Below, one piece after another: positions 6,045 to 14,048 of a DNA stretch of 46,770 bases; the first letter of the stretch is position 1; every line of letters starts with the position of its first letter. A program made the position numbers and the translations under genes. The notes beneath the pieces were generated by a model. The model saw only the letters and a program-made list of their open reading frames with translations. It ran no database searches and had not been told where the DNA came from. The stretch is from contig JAZUIL010000116.1 of assembly GCA_045642245.1 (NCBI GenBank), forward strand, positions 1 to 46,770, in the 5' to 3' direction. This DNA comes from Bacteroidales bacterium. GTDB lineage: Bacteria; Bacteroidota; Bacteroidia; Bacteroidales; UBA3663.

Positions 6045-7172
6045 TTACTTAAATGAATTTATGGCACGAACCACCTCTTCTGCCTGCTCTGGAGTCACCA
6101 CCTGATTCATTGGAATAGAGAGCTCCTGGGCATGGATACGCTCTGTGATAGGATATACACTATCGTTCCATTCCATATAGCACTCCTGCTTGTGAGGTGG
6201 AATTGGGTAATGTATCAATGTACCGATACCCTTGTCTGCAAGATAAGCCTGCAACTCATCACGCCGCTCACAGAAGATAGGGAACTGATGATATACATTG
6301 TTTTCGTCTGCAATGCGGGATGGAAGGGTGATTAATGGATTTGTGATGTGTTCATAGTAGTAAGCCGCCAACTTCTGGCGTTGTGCATTATCTGCATCCA
6401 AATACCTAAGCTTCACATCAAGTACGGCTGCATCAAGCTCACTCATTCGACTATTCAAACCCACATATTTAAAGACGTACTTCTTCTGGCTTCCATAGTT
6501 GGCGAGTGCTCGAATGACTCCAGCAAGTTCCTTGTCGGATGTAGTAACCGCACCCGCATCACCAAAGGCTCCAAGGTTCTTGCCCGGATAGAAGGAATGT
6601 GCGGCAGCATCACCAAGAGCTCCGGTCTTACGGCCTTTCCAAGTGCATCCATGACTCTGTGCACAGTCTTCCATCAGTCGGAGATTGTGCTTCTTACAAA
6701 TCTCTCCCAAATTATCATTGTAAGCGACACGGCCATATAAATGCACGATCATTATACCCTTCGTTTTAGGAGTTATAGCATCCACAATTCGATCTATATC
6801 GATTTCAAGATTCTCCCAGGTCGGTTCCACAAGTACAGGGACTAGATTGTTCTTAGTAATGGCAAGTATGGTGGCTATATAGGTGTTGGCTGGAACGATA
6901 ATCTCGTCACCATCCTGCATAATACCCATTTCCTTGTATGCTCGCATAATGAGATAAAGTGCATCCAGCCCATTTGCCACAGCAATACACTCTAGATCCG
7001 GCTTCACCTCCCCCGTCGATGTGGTTCCGATATATTGCGCGTAATCAGCCTCAAACTGCTTATTCTCGTTACCCTGAAGGAACCAGCCAGACTCTATAAC
7101 CCGGTTTACTGCAGCTTTGTATTCTGCTTCATGCTGCATAGTGATAGCCTGAAGGTCTAATAGCTTTACCAT
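6045..7172 (-). CDS. DegT/DnrJ/EryC1/StrS-family PLP sugar aminotransferase (FdtB/QdtB-like)
   Basis: GWFLQGNENKQFE, ANGLDAL, VPANTYIAT, FYPGKNLGAFGDAG, GLNSRMSELDAA and NVYHQFPI are present. It is adjacent to the FdtA-type isomerase. Confidence 0.9.
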   Translation of the reverse strand: MVKLLDLQAITMQHEAEYKAAVNRVIESGWFLQGNENKQFEADYAQYIGTTSTGEVKPDLECIAVANGLDALYLIMRAYKEMGIMQDGDEIIVPANTYIATILAITKNNLVPVLVEPTWENLEIDIDRIVDAITPKTKGIMIVHLYGRVAYNDNLGEICKKHNLRLMEDCAQSHGCTWKGRKTGALGDAAAHSFYPGKNLGAFGDAGAVTTSDKELAGVIRALANYGSQKKYVFKYVGLNSRMSELDAAVLDVKLRYLDADNAQRQKLAAYYYEHITNPLITLPSRIADENNVYHQFPIFCERRDELQAYLADKGIGTLIHYPIPPHKQECYMEWNDSVYPITERIHAQELSIPMNQVVTPEQAEEVVRAINSFK

Positions 7173-7185
7173 ATTTTATTATATT

Positions 7186-8073
7186 TCAGGAGTGTATATA
7201 CTTTAGAAATTCGTCATAGTCTCTTATATAGTCTGCCTCCGAATATCCATGACTCGCAAGGACAAGGCAAATGCTTCCCGAAGAAAACCCTTGCTCTGAA
7301 GCCCAGACTCCAGGTGGCACATGCAATCCCCAGAATGGGCGGTTGAGAGTGACGGTACGCTTATTGGTTCCATCATCCAAAACGACCTCGAAGCTACCCG
7401 ATGCCGCAATGATGAACTGATGGCATTCCTTGTGAGCATGTGCACCTCGGCTTTCCCCGCCCGGAATATCATAAGAGTAAAATACACGATTAATATTGAA
7501 TGGCACATGAACGTTCTCTGAAACTACGGTCAGATTGCCTTCTGGATCGTGGAATTTATTTAGCTGACAGAGCGAACAATCAAATACCGATACATTCTCC
7601 TTGATAGAGATAGATGTCCTGACATTGCTCATGGGAGCATAGTCTGCAGGTTTAGTATCAATCGGTTCTCCTGCCGACCATTTCTTAAACTCCTCATAAT
7701 CCATGATATAGTCTTTCACATCATACTCAGTAGAAGACAATACCAGTGCAAGCGAATTGGTGGAGAAGTTGGTCATTTTACGCCACATGCCTTTAGGTAC
7801 ATAGAGACCATTATACGAGCGGTTAAGCGAGAAGGTCTTTCTCTCCTGACCATCATCCAGCTCTACATCAAAAGCACCGGAAAGAGCCACGATAAACTCC
7901 TCATTCTCCTTATAAGCATGACCTCCTCGATCACATCCACCTGGTACATCATATATCCAATAGGTACGCTTGATTGTGAATGGTATCTGCTTGAGTTGCT
8001 CGATAATTGAGAGATTTCCTCTCGGATCCGCTATCTTTGGCAGATTTATAATTTTTGAGTCAGAAATATTCAT
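7186..8073 (-). CDS. Tandem double FdtA/WxcM-like cupin (NDP-4-keto-6-deoxyhexose 3,4-ketoisomerase-like)
   Basis: There are two homologous halves: LPKIADPRGNLSIIEQ...RTYWIYDVPGGCDRGGHAYKENEEFIVALSGAFDVELDDG and LNKFHDPEGNLTVVSEN...RVFYSYDIPGGESRGAHAHKECHQFIIAASGSFEVVLDDG. Confidence 0.85.
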   Translation of the reverse strand: MNISDSKIINLPKIADPRGNLSIIEQLKQIPFTIKRTYWIYDVPGGCDRGGHAYKENEEFIVALSGAFDVELDDGQERKTFSLNRSYNGLYVPKGMWRKMTNFSTNSLALVLSSTEYDVKDYIMDYEEFKKWSAGEPIDTKPADYAPMSNVRTSISIKENVSVFDCSLCQLNKFHDPEGNLTVVSENVHVPFNINRVFYSYDIPGGESRGAHAHKECHQFIIAASGSFEVVLDDGTNKRTVTLNRPFWGLHVPPGVWASEQGFSSGSICLVLASHGYSEADYIRDYDEFLKYIHS

Positions 8074-8079
8074 AAGACT

Positions 8080-9591
8080 TTATTCTTCATCTGTCATTGC
8101 GTTATAGTTCCCTACTGCCTGCTCATAAGTCATACGAAACTCTGGTTCGGTCAGTCGATGAAGGAGTGCTGCAATCTCCTCAACACTTTCACAATGTGGG
8201 AATCCCATCGCTGTAACACCCGCAAAGAAGTCTCGCCGGCCTGTAACATTGCAAGATGCAAACAGTATGCTCTTAAAGGCAGCATCTATCATTGAAATAG
8301 AATGTTCTCCGAAGACGACATCTACATCTTTCAGATCATCTTCAAAGGAACTTCGCTTATAAGACAAGATGAATTTTCCATCCGCATTAGCATTCGGGAT
8401 ATTACAAGATATCTTGAAGTTAGAAAGAAGAAGATAGTCAATGTATTCTGCTGCTCGATTAATTGAATTAACTCCCTGATGCGAGGGATGTATCCATACG
8501 GGATGACAGCGATAGATGAATTCAATATCAGGGAACATCGCAGCTATCTTACCGAAAGCATGTATCATCTTGTCTTCGTCCGACCGGTTTTTTACGGCCG
8601 TCCAGTCTCCTGCTCCTGATGCTACACACAGCACTTTCTTAATCTGACCAGGGAAACTAGGCTGTGGAAGATAGAGTTTTTTTCTAAATGGAATGACCCT
8701 GCTCTTAAGATGATGATAGTCGAATATCTGCTGTCCTAATTTATCCCAGGTGTAATACTCTATATGGTTACCGTTAAAAAGGAGATACTTACTACTATAG
8801 TTTGGAGGGAGATAGCCATCCTGCAGCAGTTTCAGATTAAAATGTGGATGATCGGGGAAACTCCACATGGTCCCTTCGTGTAAGGTCGACATGCGGACAA
8901 CGTTATTCTGTGGGATATAACCGAACAAACGATCTGAAAGATATTCACAAATGAATCTGAGATTTTCTATCTTTGAAGCTTTTGTAAAGTCTGCATCCAA
9001 TCGATAGGCAATACGATTCATACTTCCAAAGAAAAGATGCTTCTGGCCATCAATAATAGAAACATAGATATCATTCCTATATGAAACAAATATCGTATGC
9101 AATACTGCAGCGATTTTGCTGACTATATTTCGAATAGGGCCTCGCTTATGATTGGTATCCTGAACTGTCTCTCTTTGGTGATAATACTCACATTCTACCT
9201 TCGTGAACTTATATTCAAGCCAGACTTCTTCATCAAGTCCAAGGTCGTCGCACACCAACAGACGGTTATTGCAAGGATAATCTTTCAGGATCTTTTCTAC
9301 CACAGACCGATTCTTGAGTCTTTTGATCTCCTTGTAATACTCACTTGTATTCCTGACATCTACGGTATAAGCTTCTGTGTCACAACGATCCCAATCAGCA
9401 TCGGTCAAGAAATCTGAGAAGTTCCTAAACTCACACCCTGTATTTAGTGCCTGGCGGATTTGCTCTGCCTCATTTTCGAAGATGAACTGTGTTGATACGA
9501 CAAGGGTCTCTGTCCCTGCCTTCAATACATTTCTCAAAGAAGACAAAGACGGAATTTTCACATTCTGAGTAATTACAACTATATTATCCAT
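8080..9591 (-). CDS. Hypothetical protein, possible GT-B/TagF-like transferase (distant paralogue of 29467-30801)
   Basis: Long ORF in the operon. The C-terminal block FPDIEFIYRCHP...SNFKIS...DVVFGEHSISMIDAAF resembles the block in the 29467-30801 protein. I chose ATG 9591 (MDNIVVITQ) because the TTG/ATG at 9633/9630 would overlap the Wzx stop at 9602. Confidence 0.5.
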   Translation of the reverse strand: MDNIVVITQNVKIPSLSSLRNVLKAGTETLVVSTQFIFENEAEQIRQALNTGCEFRNFSDFLTDADWDRCDTEAYTVDVRNTSEYYKEIKRLKNRSVVEKILKDYPCNNRLLVCDDLGLDEEVWLEYKFTKVECEYYHQRETVQDTNHKRGPIRNIVSKIAAVLHTIFVSYRNDIYVSIIDGQKHLFFGSMNRIAYRLDADFTKASKIENLRFICEYLSDRLFGYIPQNNVVRMSTLHEGTMWSFPDHPHFNLKLLQDGYLPPNYSSKYLLFNGNHIEYYTWDKLGQQIFDYHHLKSRVIPFRKKLYLPQPSFPGQIKKVLCVASGAGDWTAVKNRSDEDKMIHAFGKIAAMFPDIEFIYRCHPVWIHPSHQGVNSINRAAEYIDYLLLSNFKISCNIPNANADGKFILSYKRSSFEDDLKDVDVVFGEHSISMIDAAFKSILFASCNVTGRRDFFAGVTAMGFPHCESVEEIAALLHRLTEPEFRMTYEQAVGNYNAMTDEE

Positions 9592-9601
9592 CCCGATGTG
9601 T

Positions 9602-11038
9602 TTAAGATTTCCTGATGAACCGCAATGCATCAATCAGAGATCTGAGCTTAAAGATATATGCCAGACTTATATAGGCAATAGCCCCTATGACAAATCCGCC
9701 GAACAATTGGACATAAATACTCGTAACAATACTATTAGCCAAGTAGATTACGATAACCATTATCAACGATACAGCTAGCGTCGGAACAAACTCCTTGATT
9801 TGTTGCCATAGACCGACATTCACTAATTTCTGGGTCGCCAATGTATTAATAACGAAAGCGATAAAGGTAGTAAATACTGTACCAGATACCATCCAGATGA
9901 TTCCCTGTGGTATGGTCACTATCATGGTAAGGACGATAACGGCCTTCTTAAGCAGTTCAAGCTTTAAGAATATATCAGAGCGACCTTTCACTTGAAGGAG
10001 ATTAAGATTGACCGCATTGATCGGTGTCCAAATCTTAGCAACACACAATATCTGCAAAAGCAGCACACAACCAAGCCATTTTTCTCCTAGAAATACAAGA
10101 ACAAAAGGTTTTGCAAGTATGGCAATACCAAACAACAATGGAAACATGATGAAGGCGGTTACCCTGAGCATGCGCAAATAATTCGTCTGAAGCCGGCTGT
10201 CGTCATTCTGTATTGAACTAAGGACAGGGAATGAGACTCTCTGTAAGATACCCGTACCATTCTTGATAGGCAAATCAACGAATTGCTGGGCACGTGTATA
10301 ATCACCCAAATCCTTGGCGGTATAGAACTTACCAATAACCAAAGGGTATATATTATTGAAAACCGTATCAAGGATTCCTACGCCCATTATCTTACTTCCA
10401 TACCCCCAAAGATAGCTGAAGGAAGTTTGTGACCAACCTGTGACAGGACGCCATCTGGACACCAGCCAAAGACTAATTGTCCGGATCAAAGCGGCCGACA
10501 CTTGCTGGAACACTAATGCCCAAACTCCCAATCCGGCATAGGCGAGATAAAGACCTACACCACCACTTACCATTGCTGCTGCAACCGAGACCTTCGCCTG
10601 CGATTTGAAGTCGATCTTCTTAGTCAAGATGGCCTGTTGTACTGCACATAAAGGATTGAACAAGGTAGCAAGTGCAGTGACCTTCAGCAGTTTTGTCAGG
10701 ACTGGCGTATGATAAAAATCCGCGATCCATGGTGAGGCGATGAACAGAAGGAGATAACAAACAGCTCCAACAATAATATTAAAATAAAATGCGGTCGAAA
10801 GATCCTCTTCTTTCAAATCGGGCTTACGTACAAGTGCATTGCTGAAACCGCTGTCGATAAAAACCTGCGCAAGAGCAAGAAAGACAAGCGGCATAGCTAT
10901 GATTCCATAATCCTCTGGGCTAAGGATTCGCGCGATAAGAATGCCAAATACAAACTGAATCCCTTGAGAAGAGAATCTCTCAATGGTACTCCATAAAAAT
11001 CCGTTCTTGGTTTTATTCTTTAAATTATCGCTTGCCAT
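9602..11038 (-). CDS. wzx: Wzx-type polysaccharide flippase (MOP/PST family)
   Basis: 478 aa and multi-pass hydrophobic. The N-terminus WSTIERFSSQGIQFVFGILIARILSPEDYG is typical of polysaccharide biosynthesis (Polysacc_synt) proteins. Confidence 0.85.
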   Translation of the reverse strand: MASDNLKNKTKNGFLWSTIERFSSQGIQFVFGILIARILSPEDYGIIAMPLVFLALAQVFIDSGFSNALVRKPDLKEEDLSTAFYFNIIVGAVCYLLLFIASPWIADFYHTPVLTKLLKVTALATLFNPLCAVQQAILTKKIDFKSQAKVSVAAAMVSGGVGLYLAYAGLGVWALVFQQVSAALIRTISLWLVSRWRPVTGWSQTSFSYLWGYGSKIMGVGILDTVFNNIYPLVIGKFYTAKDLGDYTRAQQFVDLPIKNGTGILQRVSFPVLSSIQNDDSRLQTNYLRMLRVTAFIMFPLLFGIAILAKPFVLVFLGEKWLGCVLLLQILCVAKIWTPINAVNLNLLQVKGRSDIFLKLELLKKAVIVLTMIVTIPQGIIWMVSGTVFTTFIAFVINTLATQKLVNVGLWQQIKEFVPTLAVSLIMVIVIYLANSIVTSIYVQLFGGFVIGAIAYISLAYIFKLRSLIDALRFIRKS

Positions 11039-11088
11039 AGATTATACCATGGGCAGAAATACCTATTAAGCTGCCCAAAGAAAACTGA

Positions 11089-11508
11089 CTATTTTGAAAT
11101 CCTTTCTCTTAACATAGAAGAACTGACGCCATCCGTATAATCAAGATATACTACTGTGCAGCCTACCTCTGCAAAGTCTTTTTCATACTGATTCCATGCA
11201 TCTGTACCCTTCCAATCAGACCCGACAAACACGGCATCTGCACCTAATTCCTTAACAGGGCGAATCTTCTCCATGTCAACTTGGGGGACGACCTTATCGA
11301 CATATCGTATTGCCTCAACGATGGCCATACGTTCCTCTTCATTGATGATAGGATACTTTTGTTTTCGATTGAAGCAAAGTTCATCAGTAGTCACACCTAC
11401 TACCAGATACTCGCATTGCTCTTTGGCCTTGCGAAGAATATTGAGGTGACCGATATGAAACATGTCATATACACCAGTGGTGTATCCGATTTTATATTTC
11501 TTCTTCAT
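11089..11508 (-). CDS. tagD: Glycerol-3-phosphate cytidylyltransferase
   Basis: 139 aa, with GYTTGVYDMFHIGHLNILRKAKEQCEYLVVGVTTDE and GSDWKG, which is the TagD/TarD architecture. Confidence 0.85.
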   Translation of the reverse strand: MKKKYKIGYTTGVYDMFHIGHLNILRKAKEQCEYLVVGVTTDELCFNRKQKYPIINEEERMAIVEAIRYVDKVVPQVDMEKIRPVKELGADAVFVGSDWKGTDAWNQYEKDFAEVGCTVVYLDYTDGVSSSMLRERISK

Positions 11509-11555
11509 ACTGTAGTCAAGACTGATTAGTATAAATACTATACAATCATGCGCGA

Positions 11556-11563
11556 CAAATATA
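11556..11563 (-). promoter_or_regulatory. Bacteroidota -7 box (TATATTTG) for the tagD-wzx-fdtAB operon
   Basis: The reverse complement of CAAATATA matches TAnnTTTG and lies 48 nt upstream of the tagD ATG, after three terminator-like hairpins. Confidence 0.55.
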
Positions 11564-11817
11564 ATAAATAATATTCATATTATTCTCTTTTTACGGAAAA
11601 ACTAATTTTATATTTTCTCAAAATGTACGTTTTTTTTTATTTTGTCCACTAACGTAATCAAAATAAGTATCTATAATACCCCGGACAATCCTTCTGTCGA
11701 CGACCTACCACTTAGCATGAATATTGCTTTGAAGGTCAAAAAAGTCATCAGAATTTCCTATACTACCTTTCATGAGAAAAAATAGGAACAAACGAAATCC
11801 TGACGGCACATTTTAAG

Positions 11818-11859
11818 CCGTGGCATCCTCTTTTGCGTACGCAAAAGAGGATGCCACGG
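11818..11859. terminator. Perfect 42-bp palindrome (bidirectional hairpin)
   Basis: CCGTGGCATCCTCTTTTGCGT/ACGCAAAAGAGGATGCCACGG has no mismatch. There is no flanking T-run, so terminator function is uncertain. Confidence 0.45.
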
Positions 11860-11906
11860 CCAAGAATTTCAACATCCGGTACACGATGTTGAAATCATAC
11901 ATAAAA

Positions 11907-11938
11907 AATATCAACACTTGGAATCAAGTGTTGATATT
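11907..11938 (-). terminator. Rho-independent terminator of the capD/wbpM-like gene
   Basis: A perfect 14-bp stem, AATATCAACACTTG/CAAGTGTTGATATT, with a 4-nt loop. It lies 5 nt after the stop codon and is followed by a T-run on the minus strand. Confidence 0.8.
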
Positions 11939-11943
11939 CCATC

Positions 11944-13875
11944 TTACTTATCGAGCGTTTCGTATTTCGAATGCTGACTCTTATATTCAGGAACAATCTC
12001 TTTCATCTTACCGACAATAGCCATATCATCATAGGTAAAGGAAAGATCATAAAGCTCTCTTTCGTTCTTCAAAGCCAACTCGAACGGATATTCTCGAACC
12101 GTAGCGACCTTAATCTTCGGATGGATGGTTGGCTTGGTCTGCTCTGCGTCGTTAAGAACCTCCTCATACAGTTTCTCACCATCACGCAAACCAGAATACT
12201 TGATTTCAACGTTCTTAGCGCCTGATAAATCAATCATACGTTTTGCAAGATCTGCAATTCGTACCGGTTTTCCCATATCGAAAACAAAGATCTCGCCGCC
12301 ATGGCCCATCGTACCTGCTTCGAGCACCAGTTGGCAAGCTTCTGGGATAAGCATGAAGAAACGGATGATATCCGGATGGGTAACGGTCACAGGTCCTCCT
12401 TTGCGGATCTGCTCACGGAAAATAGGGATAACGCTACCATTACTGCCCAGGACATTACCAAAACGTGTAGTGATGAACTGTGTGGTAGGCTTGCCTGTCC
12501 TCTGAGTCTCTTCCCAAAGTTTCTTATTCAATGCCTGACAGTATATCTCACAGATACGCTTCGAGCAACCCATGACATTGGTCGGATTCACAGCCTTATC
12601 TGTACTGATCATCACGAACTTCTTGGCCTCATATTTGACTGCAAGATCCGCAATGACACGTGTACCATAGACATTATTCTGAATGGCCATAGCAGGATTG
12701 TCTTCCATCATCGGCACATGCTTATAAGCAGCGGCATGGAAGACATACTCTGGCTTAAATTCGGAGAAAATCTGCTCCATGTGAGTTGCATTACTGATGC
12801 TACTCACAATGGTCTCACAGGGAATCTGCGAATAATTGCGCGCCATATAAAGTCGCACATCGTGCATAGGAGTTTCTGCCTGATCGATGAGAATCAAATG
12901 TGCTGGAGCGAACTTTGCTACCTGGCGCACCATCTCACTACCGATGGAACCAGCAGCTCCAGTGATGAGGATACGCTTATCCTTCAGCATCTCACCAATA
13001 GCAGCGAGATCAACTTCAATCTTATCTCGCGGAAGCAAATCCTCAATATCAACCTCTTTAAGGCGTTCATGTTTGAGCACAGTTTTCCCGTCCCATGTCT
13101 CTTCTGCAGGCATCATCATAATCTTGATGCCAGCCTTCATCAGTTGATCGACAAGAGCCTGGTTATTGCGGAAACGTTCTGAGGCTAAAGGGCTGACAAA
13201 AAGGACAGAAGCCCCTACTTTCTGCATACTTCTTACCAATGCATGATCTGCATTATAGACTTGTACACCAACAAGATATCGTCCCTGATAGGTAGGATCA
13301 TCAGACACAAAGCCTTTGACTACATAACGAATCGGATGTTCATTGCGCATACTCTTAGCCAATGAAATACCTCCATCACGAACACCGAAAATAAACACGA
13401 GTCTTGCATCCCGACTTTTATAACTCGTATCGAACACATATTTGACGACAATACGCATAGACCACATACACACCATGGCGATTATATACATAATCACCTG
13501 TTGTGACAATGAGATCGAAGCTAACTGAAAGGTAGTTCCTACAGCCTCAAGAATTATATTCAACAGTATCGAGCCTATGACGCCAACCATCAATGCACAC
13601 GATACTCGCATCAGATCAACAAATGATGAGTATCGAAGAATGCCACTATAAGTATGGAAGAGACGCATACCCAGGATAAAGAATGGCATCAAACAACATA
13701 AGGTGGTAATATAATGCCAAAATCCATGAGCCAGACCATCTCCCCCGACCGTCAAATATATGGATAAAATGCCAGAGAATACAATTATGACGCAATCTAT
13801 GGTAAGAATGCACCAATATGGTAATGCGTTGCGAGAGAAATACCAACGGGAGAATCTCGAGAGCATATAATTCAT
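11944..13875 (-). CDS. Membrane-anchored NDP-sugar 4,6-dehydratase (CapD/WbpM/PglF family)
   Basis: It has N-terminal TM helices, ILITGAAGSIGSE, FHAAAYKHVPMME, STDKAVNPTNVMGCSKR, RFGNVLGSNGSVIP and GLRDGEKLYEE. ATG 13875 follows the tracked TTG at 13878. Confidence 0.9.
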   Translation of the reverse strand: MNYMLSRFSRWYFSRNALPYWCILTIDCVIIVFSGILSIYLTVGGDGLAHGFWHYITTLCCLMPFFILGMRLFHTYSGILRYSSFVDLMRVSCALMVGVIGSILLNIILEAVGTTFQLASISLSQQVIMYIIAMVCMWSMRIVVKYVFDTSYKSRDARLVFIFGVRDGGISLAKSMRNEHPIRYVVKGFVSDDPTYQGRYLVGVQVYNADHALVRSMQKVGASVLFVSPLASERFRNNQALVDQLMKAGIKIMMMPAEETWDGKTVLKHERLKEVDIEDLLPRDKIEVDLAAIGEMLKDKRILITGAAGSIGSEMVRQVAKFAPAHLILIDQAETPMHDVRLYMARNYSQIPCETIVSSISNATHMEQIFSEFKPEYVFHAAAYKHVPMMEDNPAMAIQNNVYGTRVIADLAVKYEAKKFVMISTDKAVNPTNVMGCSKRICEIYCQALNKKLWEETQRTGKPTTQFITTRFGNVLGSNGSVIPIFREQIRKGGPVTVTHPDIIRFFMLIPEACQLVLEAGTMGHGGEIFVFDMGKPVRIADLAKRMIDLSGAKNVEIKYSGLRDGEKLYEEVLNDAEQTKPTIHPKIKVATVREYPFELALKNERELYDLSFTYDDMAIVGKMKEIVPEYKSQHSKYETLDK

Positions 13876-13896
13876 CAATTATATTATTATTTGGCA

Positions 13897-13904
13897 CAAA
13901 TATA
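13897..13904 (-). promoter_or_regulatory. Bacteroidota -7 box (TATATTTG) for the capD/wbpM-like gene
   Basis: The reverse complement of CAAATATA lies 22 nt upstream of ATG 13875 and directly follows a terminator. Confidence 0.5.
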
Positions 13905-13952
13905 TATAAAAAACAAATATAATCCTTAATATAACATAAAAAATTACAAAAA

Positions 13953-13994
13953 AAAAACGTGCACGAAGTCTAAAACAACTTTTTGCACGTTTTT
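13953..13994 (-). terminator. Rho-independent terminator after the capE-like gene
   Basis: A 10-bp stem, AAAACGTGC.../...GCACGTTTT (13953-13962 with 13985-13994), is followed by a long T-run on the minus strand (reverse complement of the A-run at 13944-13952). Confidence 0.65.
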
Positions 13995-14048
13995 CTTTGC
14001 AATTTATGATACAAATCTGCTATTCTAATAGATCGTAAATGAGGTCTC

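Noticed and set aside
445-7022. The idea that the in-frame extra segments are cloning scars or engineered tags, because they contain 6-bp sites (GGTCTC in ugd, CAATTG x3 in gmd, ACTAGT at the fcl cassette border, TCTAGA in the aminotransferase).
   Set aside because: - No vector, marker or linker sequences are present.
- The three heptamer cassettes carry different point substitutions and different flanks.
- Six-base sites are expected by chance in low-complexity or palindromic DNA.
- The context is an otherwise natural locus.
- This cannot be fully excluded without knowing the provenance of the sequence.
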